From Bacteroidota bacterium (lineage in GTDB: Bacteria; Bacteroidota; Ignavibacteria; UBA10030; SZUA-254): 64,000 nt of DNA. The position numbers and the translations under genes are program-made. The notes beneath the pieces are model-generated. The model was not told the origin of the DNA and made no database searches. It saw nothing but the letters and a program-made list of their open reading frames with translations. How positions within the stretch are numbered: the first letter of the stretch is position 1; every line of letters starts with the position of its first letter. The DNA is taken from positions 1 to 64,000 of the forward strand of contig DATJGD010000063.1 of NCBI GenBank assembly GCA_035495255.1, given 5' to 3'. This document shows, piece by piece, positions 56,887 to 64,000 of this stretch.

Positions 56887-58761
56887 ATGTTGAAGACTTC
56901 GCGGCTGCAACTGTTGGTACTTTTGTTTCTCGGTATCGCAACACGAGCTTACGCTGACACCCCGCGGGGGTTCGTTGCTTCGGTTCACCTGGACACGACC
57001 GCCTTTACGGATATATCTGCGGGAATGACCGGTGCCGTGTTTAGTTCCGGCGCTTGGGTCGATTATGATAACGACGGAGATCTCGATGTCTTTATTTCAG
57101 GGATTTCCCCGGGCTTCCAGTATTTTTCAAAGATCTACCGTAACGACGCCGGAAGCTTTACCGATATCAATGCCGGGCTTGCCGGTGTTCAATCCGAGCA
57201 CAATGTTGCATGGGGAGATTACGATAATGACGGAGACCTGGATCTTTTGCTGATGGGTCAGGCCGGCCCTCCGGTTTCACTGGCAATAACGAAGATTTAT
57301 CGAAATGACGGCGGCGTTTTTGTCAATATCGGCACTCCAATCCCGGGCCTGATGTACGGTTCGGCTGCCTGGGGAGACTATGACAATGACGGCGACCTGG
57401 ATATTCTTGTCACTGGATCGCCGGATCAGGGACTTTCGTTCTTCTCAAAGGTTTACAGGAACGACAACGGATCTTTCGTCGATATCAATGCAGGGCTTCC
57501 GGGGGTTTGGGGAAGTTCTGCGGTCTGGGGCGACTACGACAACGACGGGGACCTGGATATTTTTCTGAATGGGTACGGTGATCTTGGAGGTACGAGCCTG
57601 ATATTCAGAAACACGAACGGTGTTTTTACCAGTATTGGAGGTGGACTCGGCCTCAAGAATAGCGGCCAACTTGCAGTGGGGGATTTTGATAACGATGGCG
57701 ACATCGACGTTCTGTGCTCGGGAGATCACTTCGGAGCAGTAAACGCATTTACGACAATTTACAGAAATGACAACGGCACATTTGTCGACACGCATCCCGG
57801 TCTCGTGCAAGTAGAGGAAAGCGCGCAGGCATGGGGGGATTACGACAATGACGGCGACCTTGATATTCTCATCGCGGGATATCGTGACTCCGACGGAGTG
57901 TTTTTCACCAAGGTGTACAGGAACGACGGTGGGATCTTCACAGACATTGGCGCCGACCTGCCGGGTACGGCGAACGGCACCGTAGCCTGGGGCGACTACG
58001 ACAACGATGGAGATCTTGACATTCTTGTCGTCGGCGGGACAAGCGATACAGCCCCGTTTAGTCCGATCGCGCGAATTTACCGGAACAATCTCGGTTCGAA
58101 TACGTTTTCACCCAACTCTACGCCGACTATCCCTGCGAATCTCGCGTCCGCCGTGCAGGCTAACTCCGTCCGCTTGTCGTGGGACCGTTCGACTGATAGC
58201 CAAACCGATGCGCACGCTCTCACGTATAATCTCCGCGTCGGAACTCTTCCATCAGGCAGCCAAACGATCTCTCCAATGGCGAACGGAGCCACCGGATACC
58301 GGCAGATCGTCCAACTCGGAAATGCAAACCTTGACAGTTCGTGGACACTTAAGGGTCTGCCGGCAGGGACATACTACTGGAGCGTGCAGGCGATCGATAA
58401 TGCCTTTGCCGGGTCGCCATTCGGCGGAGAACAAAGCTTCGTAATAAGTCCAATGGGCGTTTCCGAGATCCCAGGATCGATACCCAGCGTGACCAGACTT
58501 GTTCAAAATTATCCAAATCCATTTAACCCGACGACGACGGTTCCGTTCGATCTCGCGCACGACGGTTCGGTGAGGATTGAGATCTATAACATCCTCGGTC
58601 AGAACGTCAAAAAGTTGGCGGAATCGGATCTCCATGCGGGACGATATGAGGCTGCGTTCAACGGATCCGATCTGCCAAGCGGCATCTACTATTGCAGGAT
58701 GACATTGCAGAGCGGAGGGAGCTCGTTCAATGAAATGAAAAAACTTGTTATGATGAAATAG
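56887..58761 (+). CDS. Secreted FG-GAP/VCBS-repeat protein (CRTAC1/ASPIC-like) with an FN3-like domain and a T9SS C-terminal sorting domain
   Basis: It has a signal peptide. There are about 8 WGDYDNDGDLD repeats. The C-terminus reads YPNPFNPTTTVPFDL..IEIYNILGQNVKKL..GIYYCRM, which is a Por_Secre_tail. Confidence 0.75.
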   Translation: MLKTSRLQLLVLLFLGIATRAYADTPRGFVASVHLDTTAFTDISAGMTGAVFSSGAWVDYDNDGDLDVFISGISPGFQYFSKIYRNDAGSFTDINAGLAGVQSEHNVAWGDYDNDGDLDLLLMGQAGPPVSLAITKIYRNDGGVFVNIGTPIPGLMYGSAAWGDYDNDGDLDILVTGSPDQGLSFFSKVYRNDNGSFVDINAGLPGVWGSSAVWGDYDNDGDLDIFLNGYGDLGGTSLIFRNTNGVFTSIGGGLGLKNSGQLAVGDFDNDGDIDVLCSGDHFGAVNAFTTIYRNDNGTFVDTHPGLVQVEESAQAWGDYDNDGDLDILIAGYRDSDGVFFTKVYRNDGGIFTDIGADLPGTANGTVAWGDYDNDGDLDILVVGGTSDTAPFSPIARIYRNNLGSNTFSPNSTPTIPANLASAVQANSVRLSWDRSTDSQTDAHALTYNLRVGTLPSGSQTISPMANGATGYRQIVQLGNANLDSSWTLKGLPAGTYYWSVQAIDNAFAGSPFGGEQSFVISPMGVSEIPGSIPSVTRLVQNYPNPFNPTTTVPFDLAHDGSVRIEIYNILGQNVKKLAESDLHAGRYEAAFNGSDLPSGIYYCRMTLQSGGSSFNEMKKLVMMK

Positions 58762-58820
58762 GATGGAAAAGACCGTTCGTTAAATCATCAGGAATTTTCT
58801 TATATTCAGGAGAGTTTGCT

Positions 58821-59588
58821 GTGGGAAACCGCGGAAACTCTCTTTTTTTAATGACAACACCCACTCAACATACCCCTGCGCGCGGAAAACCTGCCGACTA
58901 CGGCCAGGAGCTTGTTAAACGGCGATTCCGCTTAACTTCCTCGTTGGTAGATTTGCGCAACAAAACCGTCCTGGACTTTGGCTGCGGTAACGGTGCGCAA
59001 ACCATCGAATTTCTTGGCTCGGGATGCAGGATCACCGGAGTGGACATCGACCAGCAGGACCTCGATGTTCTCAAAGAATATCTTCAGTCGAACAATCTCG
59101 ATAGCATCGTGGCGGTACGTTATGACGGCTCGACGCTTCCATTGGAATCCAGTTCCTTCGACGTAATATTAAGTTACGAAGTCATCGAGCATGTTCAGAA
59201 CGAATCTCAAACGCTGGAAGAGTTGTCTCGGGTTTTGAAACCGGGGGGTGAAATGGTTATTTCGGTCCCCAACAAGGGATGGGTGTTCGAAACGCATGGC
59301 GCCAACCTGCCTCTGCTCCCATGGAACAGGGTTCCGTTCTTTTCCTGGCTGCCTCATTCGATCCACAGCCGCTTCGCGAAGGCAAGAATCTACAAGAAGA
59401 ACGAGATCATACGTCTTCTCGCCGATCACCGGTTCGATATTCTCACAACAATGTATATCACAGCGCCAATGGATGTCGTGAAGGCTCCCTGGCTGAAGAA
59501 TCTCCTTCGGTCGACCGTTTTCACCGGAGATACGACGATGGTTTCGATGTTGTCGACCTCGATTCTCATTCACTGCCGGAAGAACTAA
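58821..59588 (+). CDS. Class I SAM-dependent methyltransferase (GTG start supported by an AGGAGA SD; an alternative ATG lies at 58851)
   Basis: Motif I LDFGCGNGAQT is present. Confidence 0.7.
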   Translation: MGNRGNSLFLMTTPTQHTPARGKPADYGQELVKRRFRLTSSLVDLRNKTVLDFGCGNGAQTIEFLGSGCRITGVDIDQQDLDVLKEYLQSNNLDSIVAVRYDGSTLPLESSSFDVILSYEVIEHVQNESQTLEELSRVLKPGGEMVISVPNKGWVFETHGANLPLLPWNRVPFFSWLPHSIHSRFAKARIYKKNEIIRLLADHRFDILTTMYITAPMDVVKAPWLKNLLRSTVFTGDTTMVSMLSTSILIHCRKN

Positions 59589-59611
59589 TTCTTATCGAAT
59601 CTCACAAGAGC

Positions 59612-60733
59612 ATGAAGATAGCAGTCGTATTTGGAACACGCCCGGAGGCGATCAAGATGGCCCCGATCGTCAAAGAACTCGAGCGGCGAAAGCTCGACCA
59701 TGTCGTTATCGTTACGGCGCAGCACCGGCAGATGCTTGATCAGAAGCTGGAAGTTTTCGGAATCGTGCCCAAGTACGATCTGAACGTCATGCAGGCGAAC
59801 CAGGATCTCTTCCATGTCACGACCGCCGTGCTGAATGAAATCAAGCCGATCCTCGTCCGCGAAAAACCGGATGTCGTGCTGGTGCAGGGCGATACGACGA
59901 CGACATTCGCGGTAAGCCTCGCGGCATTTTATTTGAAAATTCCTGTGGGCCACGTCGAAGCGGGCCTGCGGACATGGGACAAACACAATCCCTATCCCGA
60001 AGAGATCAACAGGCAGCTGACGACGCGTCTGACAGAATTTCATTTTGCGCCCACTTCCTGGGGACGCAATAATCTTCTCAAAGAAGGAGTAAACCCGGAA
60101 AGCATCTACGTTACCGGGAACACCGTTATCGATGCCCTCCTTATGATGGTCGATCAAAGCTATGCGTTCACCGAACCTGAATTGAAGTCCATCGACTTTT
60201 CAACACGACGAGTATTGCTCCTGACATCGCATCGCCGCGAAAATTTCGGTGATCCGATGCGCGAAGTGTTCGGCGCCTGCCGTGAACTTGTAAAGTCCAA
60301 TCCCGATGTTGAGCTCGTCTATCCCGTTCATCCGAATCCGAACGTCCAGAAGGCGGCACACGAAATATTTGACGGCGTCGAACGGACGCATTTGATCGCG
60401 CCGATGGAATACCGCCCCTTTGTCCAGCTGATGAATAAATCCTACCTCATCCTGACGGACTCGGGAGGCGTGCAGGAGGAAGCACCCTCTCTCGGCAAGC
60501 CTGTGCTTGTCCTCCGGACGACGACGGAGCGTCCCGAAGCGATTGACGCCGGAACAGCGAAGCTCGTCGGCACCTCCGCGAGCCGCATTATCGGGGAGGC
60601 GCAGAAACTCCTGACGGATAAACGGGAATACGACTCGATGGCGACAAAGGCCAATCCGTACGGTGACGGCAAGGCCGCAGGCAAGATCGTCGACATACTG
60701 GTAGAGAAATTCGCTCAGCAGCCGCACGCCTGA
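59612..60733 (+). CDS. wecB: UDP-N-acetylglucosamine 2-epimerase (non-hydrolysing). The listed ORF 59279..60733 is over-extended upstream.
   Basis: MKIAVVFGTRPEAIKMAP.. matches the WecB family along its full length, including the HVEAGLRT and DSGGVQEEA blocks. Confidence 0.9.
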   Translation: MKIAVVFGTRPEAIKMAPIVKELERRKLDHVVIVTAQHRQMLDQKLEVFGIVPKYDLNVMQANQDLFHVTTAVLNEIKPILVREKPDVVLVQGDTTTTFAVSLAAFYLKIPVGHVEAGLRTWDKHNPYPEEINRQLTTRLTEFHFAPTSWGRNNLLKEGVNPESIYVTGNTVIDALLMMVDQSYAFTEPELKSIDFSTRRVLLLTSHRRENFGDPMREVFGACRELVKSNPDVELVYPVHPNPNVQKAAHEIFDGVERTHLIAPMEYRPFVQLMNKSYLILTDSGGVQEEAPSLGKPVLVLRTTTERPEAIDAGTAKLVGTSASRIIGEAQKLLTDKREYDSMATKANPYGDGKAAGKIVDILVEKFAQQPHA

Positions 60734-61614
60734 TGGCCACGTATTGTAATATTTGCGGCAGCGGAAACGGATTCACCCAACAAGAGCTGGGGAGAGAAGG
60801 TTGGCTTTGCAAAAACTGCAGCGCGTCCAACCGGCATCGTGCGGTCATGTACGGCCTGGGATTATGCCTCGGCTGCCTGGATAACCCGGTTGCGGCATGG
60901 AAGCCTCACAAGGAATTGAAAATCCTGGAGTCGAGCGGACGGGGCTCGTATCCGATGATGCTGAAGGATAAGTTCGACTACTATAATACGGAGTACGATC
61001 CGAACTCCGAGCTTATCCGAAAACCTTTTTCGCACATCGCCGATTTTCAGCAGCTCGCATACGGGGATTCCCAGCTCGATTTCATCATTGCGTCCGATGT
61101 CTTTGAACATGTCAGGGAAGACGAACGGGCATTCCGGGAAATGTACAGGACGCTCAAGCCTTCCGGCATTTTTGTTCTTACCGTCCCCTATGTCCATGAA
61201 TGGGAACAGACCCTTATCCGTGTGAAGGTTGAAGGAGCCAAGGATGTTCATCTTCTTCCTCCGGAGTATCACGGCGGCGGCGGCCAGACGCTCTCGTACC
61301 GGACGTATGGGCGGGATCTCATGGACCGTCTCAGGCTCCTGGGCTTTTCCGTCGCCTATGTCAACCTGGATGTTCCGGAGTGCGGTATTACCCCTCAAGC
61401 GGTATTTCTCTGTGGAAAGGCTTCGTACGTCGATCTGACTCCGATGCGCCGCGCACTGGCGCCGGCCACTTCAGCGAATCATGCCTCAGTTTCTCCGTTG
61501 ATTCCCTTCAGAGTTTTCCTGTTGTTCAAGTACAATCTTCTCTCGATGCGCCATTTTATGAAGGAAATAGTGAGAAGAATGACAGACGCCTTCAGCGGCA
61601 AGCCCAAAGCATAG
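60733..61614 (+). CDS. Class I SAM-dependent methyltransferase with an N-terminal CxxC..CxxC zinc ribbon
   Basis: CNICG..CKNC is present. A methyltransferase fold pattern is present (DFIIASDVFEHV). The start overlaps the wecB stop as TGATG. Confidence 0.6.
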   Translation: MATYCNICGSGNGFTQQELGREGWLCKNCSASNRHRAVMYGLGLCLGCLDNPVAAWKPHKELKILESSGRGSYPMMLKDKFDYYNTEYDPNSELIRKPFSHIADFQQLAYGDSQLDFIIASDVFEHVREDERAFREMYRTLKPSGIFVLTVPYVHEWEQTLIRVKVEGAKDVHLLPPEYHGGGGQTLSYRTYGRDLMDRLRLLGFSVAYVNLDVPECGITPQAVFLCGKASYVDLTPMRRALAPATSANHASVSPLIPFRVFLLFKYNLLSMRHFMKEIVRRMTDAFSGKPKA

Positions 61615-61620
61615 TCACCC

Positions 61621-62559
61621 ATGGCCGAATCTCCCACAGTCTGTTGTATCGTTCTCACATGCGGGCTACATCCCGACGGAAGGGTGAAGAAGCTCCTGTT
61701 GGACACGCTCGATTCGGTGACGAACATGACGTATCCCAACTTCAACGTCATTGTCGTGGACAATGGATCGATCGACGGAAGCCAGGATGCTGTCCGTGCG
61801 GCCTATCCCGGCATGAAGCTCATTGAAAACGGTGAGAACCTCGGCTTCATGAAAGGAAGCAATGTCGGGCTCCGGTACGCCCTTGAGCAAAAAGCCGATT
61901 GGGCGCTGCTTCTGAACAACGACATCAGTGTCGATCCTCAGATGCTGAGCGAAATGATGAAGGTAGCCGTTGCGGATGATACGGTTGGCATTGTCGCCCC
62001 CAAAATTTACTTCTTCTCCGAACCGAATAAGATATGGTACGGCGGAGGATCGATCAATTACTTTACCGGCATCATTAAACATCTCGGCCTGCGGGAAGAA
62101 GATCACGGCCAGTACGACCAGACGGTCGAAACAGGATATATCACCGGCTGCGCGATCCTCATCAGGCGTCAGGTCATGGAGAAGATCGGCCTGCTCGACC
62201 CGATTTATTCGCCGATGTACTCCGAAGATGCGGATTTTTCCGTTCGCGCCTCAAACGCCGGCTACAAGCTCATGTATGTCCCGAAAGCGAAACTCTGGCA
62301 TAAAGTTTCATCGTTTACCGGCGGGGGATTGACGCCGGTAAAAACGCGGCTGAAGGTCGAACACAATCTTATCTTTTTCAAGCGCTACGCGCGCTGGTAT
62401 CACTGGCTCACGATTCCGATCTGCATCGGATTCATGACGCTTCTCTTCGTGGTGAAAGAACTGTTCAAAGGAAACTTCGCCATCGTCGGCGCACTCGCAT
62501 CGGGGATCGGTAAATCCATCCTTTCGCTGGGGAAGCGGGTCGACTCCACGCCGGCATAA
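61621..62559 (+). CDS. Glycosyltransferase family 2
   Basis: The VVDNGSIDGS motif and a DxD-like DAD are present. The length of about 310 aa matches GT2 rhamnosyl/galactosyl-transferase-like proteins. Confidence 0.75.
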   Translation: MAESPTVCCIVLTCGLHPDGRVKKLLLDTLDSVTNMTYPNFNVIVVDNGSIDGSQDAVRAAYPGMKLIENGENLGFMKGSNVGLRYALEQKADWALLLNNDISVDPQMLSEMMKVAVADDTVGIVAPKIYFFSEPNKIWYGGGSINYFTGIIKHLGLREEDHGQYDQTVETGYITGCAILIRRQVMEKIGLLDPIYSPMYSEDADFSVRASNAGYKLMYVPKAKLWHKVSSFTGGGLTPVKTRLKVEHNLIFFKRYARWYHWLTIPICIGFMTLLFVVKELFKGNFAIVGALASGIGKSILSLGKRVDSTPA

Positions 62560-62612
62560 CCTCCCATCAGCGGCGGCGTAACCTCCCTTCAACGGCTGCA
62601 TAACCTCCCCAA
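62555..62612. repeat. Three imperfect tandem copies (period ~22 nt) of (C/G)ATAACCTCCC + ~11 nt, at the 3' end of the GT2 gene
   Basis: The sequence reads cataacctcccatcagcggcggcg / taacctcccttcaacggctg / cataacctccccaaccacctccgcg. Confidence 0.6.
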
Positions 62613-62743
62613 CCACCTCCGCGTCAACCTTTGAACGCTCGCGAACTTCGTCACACAGGTGCTTGATATTCTTTCGTTTTTTTTCTATTTTAAGCGACAA
62701 TACATGAACAACAAGGCATTCTCATCTCAATTTCTCATCGTAA

Positions 62744-63313
62744 ATGCAAGTTAAGATCGAATCGCAGCATCTCAATGGAATCGTCGTCATTATGCCGGAG
62801 GTTTTTGAGGATGCGCGAGGTTTCTTTACAGAAGTCTATCGCGAAGATCAATTTAAGCAGCTCGGTCTTCCGACTAATTTTGTCCAGGATAATCATTCCC
62901 GCTCCGTGAAGGGCGTTGTCCGCGGATTACATTTTCAATGGGAACCTCCCATGGGGAAGCTCATGCGGGTGACCATCGGGAGCGCGTTCCTGGTCGCCGT
63001 CGACATCAGGAAGAATTCTCCGACACTCGGGAAGTGGTTTGGCATCGAAGCGTCGGCGCAGAATAAGAAGCAGGTCTGGGCCCCTGCGGGGTTTGCGCGG
63101 GGCTTCTGTGTTACTTCGGATGTTGCCGAGATCCAGTATAAGTGTACCGGCATCTATAATAACGGGGGCGAGTCGGGCATCCTGTGGAACGACCCGAAGA
63201 TCGGCGTACAATGGCCGGTCGACAATCCCATTCTTTCGGGCAAAGACGAGAAAGCCCAGACGCTCGATGAGTGGCTGGTGTCCCCGAATTCTGACAAGTT
63301 TCAATATCGCTAA
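62744..63313 (+). CDS. rfbC: dTDP-4-dehydrorhamnose 3,5-epimerase
   Basis: 189 aa. The RmlC family pattern is present (..FEDARGFF.E.. ..VQDNHS.S..GVLRGLH.Q ..KLV.V..G). Confidence 0.9.
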   Translation: MQVKIESQHLNGIVVIMPEVFEDARGFFTEVYREDQFKQLGLPTNFVQDNHSRSVKGVVRGLHFQWEPPMGKLMRVTIGSAFLVAVDIRKNSPTLGKWFGIEASAQNKKQVWAPAGFARGFCVTSDVAEIQYKCTGIYNNGGESGILWNDPKIGVQWPVDNPILSGKDEKAQTLDEWLVSPNSDKFQYR

Positions 63314-63322
63314 AGGTTGTCT

Positions 63323-64000
63323 ATGAAAATTCTCATTGCCGGCGGCGCCGGCTATATCGGATCGGCCCTCGTTCCAAAACTCCTGGACAGGGGATATGAC
63401 GTTGATGTCATTGACCTGCTCTGGTTCGGGAACAATTTGCCGAAAGAGGCGCGCATCATTCAAAAAGATATTTTCAAATTGGAAGAGCAGGACCTCAAGA
63501 ATTACGAGCAGGTTATTTTCCTTGCCGGCCTTTCCAACGATCCGATGGCGGAATTTTCCCCCGGAAAGAATTTTATCTCGAATGCAGCGGCTCCGGCCTA
63601 TCTCGGCTACCTGGCAAAACGGGCCGGCGTCAAACGGTTCATTTATGCGGGATCATGTTCGGTGTACGGATATACCGTGAACGAACTGTATGACGAGCAT
63701 AGCCCCGCGGTCTCCCATTATCCGTACGGCATCTCAAAGCTTCAAGGCGAGCAGGCCGTCATGTATCTATGCGAACCGAACTTCTCGGTCATCTGCTTCC
63801 GGCAGGGGACCGTGTGCGGATTCAGTCCGCGCATGAGGCTCGATCTTGTCATCAACACGATGTTCAAGAACGCCATGCTGACGAAAGGCATCACCGTGAA
63901 TAACCCGGCGATCTGGCGTCCCATTTTGGGAGTGCAGGATGCCGTCAGCGCCTACGTCCGCGCGATCGAAGCGAATAACGAGATCTCGGGAATCTTCAAT
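63323..64000 (+). CDS. NAD-dependent epimerase/dehydratase (SDR family, UDP-sugar 4-epimerase-like). It is 5'-complete and truncated by the window end.
   Basis: MKILIAGGAGYIGSAL provides the Rossmann GxxGxxG motif, and YGISK provides the YxxxK. The reading frame stays open to position 64000, and it is absent from the ORF track because no stop falls in the window. Confidence 0.75.
   Translation, partial: MKILIAGGAGYIGSALVPKLLDRGYDVDVIDLLWFGNNLPKEARIIQKDIFKLEEQDLKNYEQVIFLAGLSNDPMAEFSPGKNFISNAAAPAYLGYLAKRAGVKRFIYAGSCSVYGYTVNELYDEHSPAVSHYPYGISKLQGEQAVMYLCEPNFSVICFRQGTVCGFSPRMRLDLVINTMFKNAMLTKGITVNNPAIWRPILGVQDAVSAYVRAIEANNEISGIFN

Noticed and set aside
59279-59611. Upstream 111-codon extension of the wecB ORF
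   Set aside because: The extension overlaps the preceding methyltransferase gene in another frame. The canonical WecB N-terminus MKIAVVFGTRPE starts at 59612.
62308-62700. 130-aa minus-strand ORF starting within the GGGAGGTTATG repeats
   Set aside because: It is mostly antisense to the GT2 gene and has a low-complexity Arg/Asp-rich sequence. I kept it only as a note under the repeat finding.
63336-63680. 114-aa plus-strand ORF
   Set aside because: It is out of frame relative to the clear SDR epimerase (MKILIAGGAGYIGS) that starts at 63323 and runs to the window end.
1-64000. Search for CRISPR arrays, tRNA/rRNA genes, transposases or integrases, and phage genes
   Set aside because: I found no direct-repeat/spacer arrays, no tRNA-like GTTCGAATC/T-loop signatures in intergenic regions and no recognisable transposase, integrase or phage structural motifs. 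The intergenic spaces are short.

Overview
This 64 kb window looks like a bacterial chromosome segment from the FCB superphylum, and I see no mobile elements, CRISPR arrays, tRNAs or rRNAs in it. That placement rests on three things: a protein with a T9SS C-terminal sorting domain, promoters that fit the Bacteroidetes TTTG / TAnnTTTG pattern, and several Bacteroidetes/Chlorobi-type families (OmpA with thrombospondin-3 repeats, DUF3078, DUF2723, Hc1 histone-like). GC content is roughly 55-60%, genes are densely packed, and many start/stop codons overlap as in operons.

The window divides into the following blocks.

(1) Positions 36-6466, minus strand: a Fur-headed iron-uptake operon. It encodes Fur, an FTR1 permease fused to a Cys-rich domain, an outer-membrane porin-like barrel, a secreted FMN-binding protein, a His-rich 4-TM membrane protein, the flavin transferase ApbE, a DUF59 Fe-S assembly protein and a BNR beta-propeller. 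A 7-1-7 palindrome overlaps the predicted promoter. I read this as a candidate flavinylated extracytoplasmic ferric-reductase module coupled to Fe(II) import. It is experimentally uncharacterised in this composition, and it is my top candidate for the undescribed system.

(2) A deoxyhypusine-synthase-like gene, an Hc1 histone-like gene, an M19 dipeptidase, an SRPBCC protein, a PhzF-family protein and several hypothetical secreted or lipoproteins.

(3) Positions 13679-18135, minus strand: a clear TPP riboswitch (THI-box) with a terminator-type expression platform. It sits in front of a TonB-dependent receptor, a thiamine pyrophosphokinase and an SSS-family (ThiV-like) transporter, which together look like a thiamine salvage and uptake operon.

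(4) An MscL channel carrying a C-terminal zinc ribbon, an OmpA/TSP3 protein and a DUF3078 barrel.

(5) A peptide and proline utilisation cluster on the minus strand: a GT-C glycosyltransferase, PepD, an OPT transporter, proline dehydrogenase and SpmA/SpmB. A flotillin gene, a beta-lactamase-family hydrolase and a lepA-lepB-lepB-hemW group also fall in this stretch.

(6) From about 37.2 kb to the end of the window: a DUF2723 GT-C protein followed by a glycan-biosynthesis island of roughly 24 kb. The island holds five GT4, four GT2 (two of them of the polyprenol-phosphate GtrB/DPM1 type), one GT9 and a YfhO GT-C. It also encodes a Wzx flippase, a CE4-like deacetylase, WecB, RmlC, two SDR epimerases, four SAM methyltransferases and a fatty-acid desaturase. 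One GT2 has a roughly 100-residue Q/R/P-rich N-terminal extension. An FG-GAP-repeat T9SS cargo protein is embedded in the island.

All functional calls come from motif and family recognition by eye; no database searches were run.
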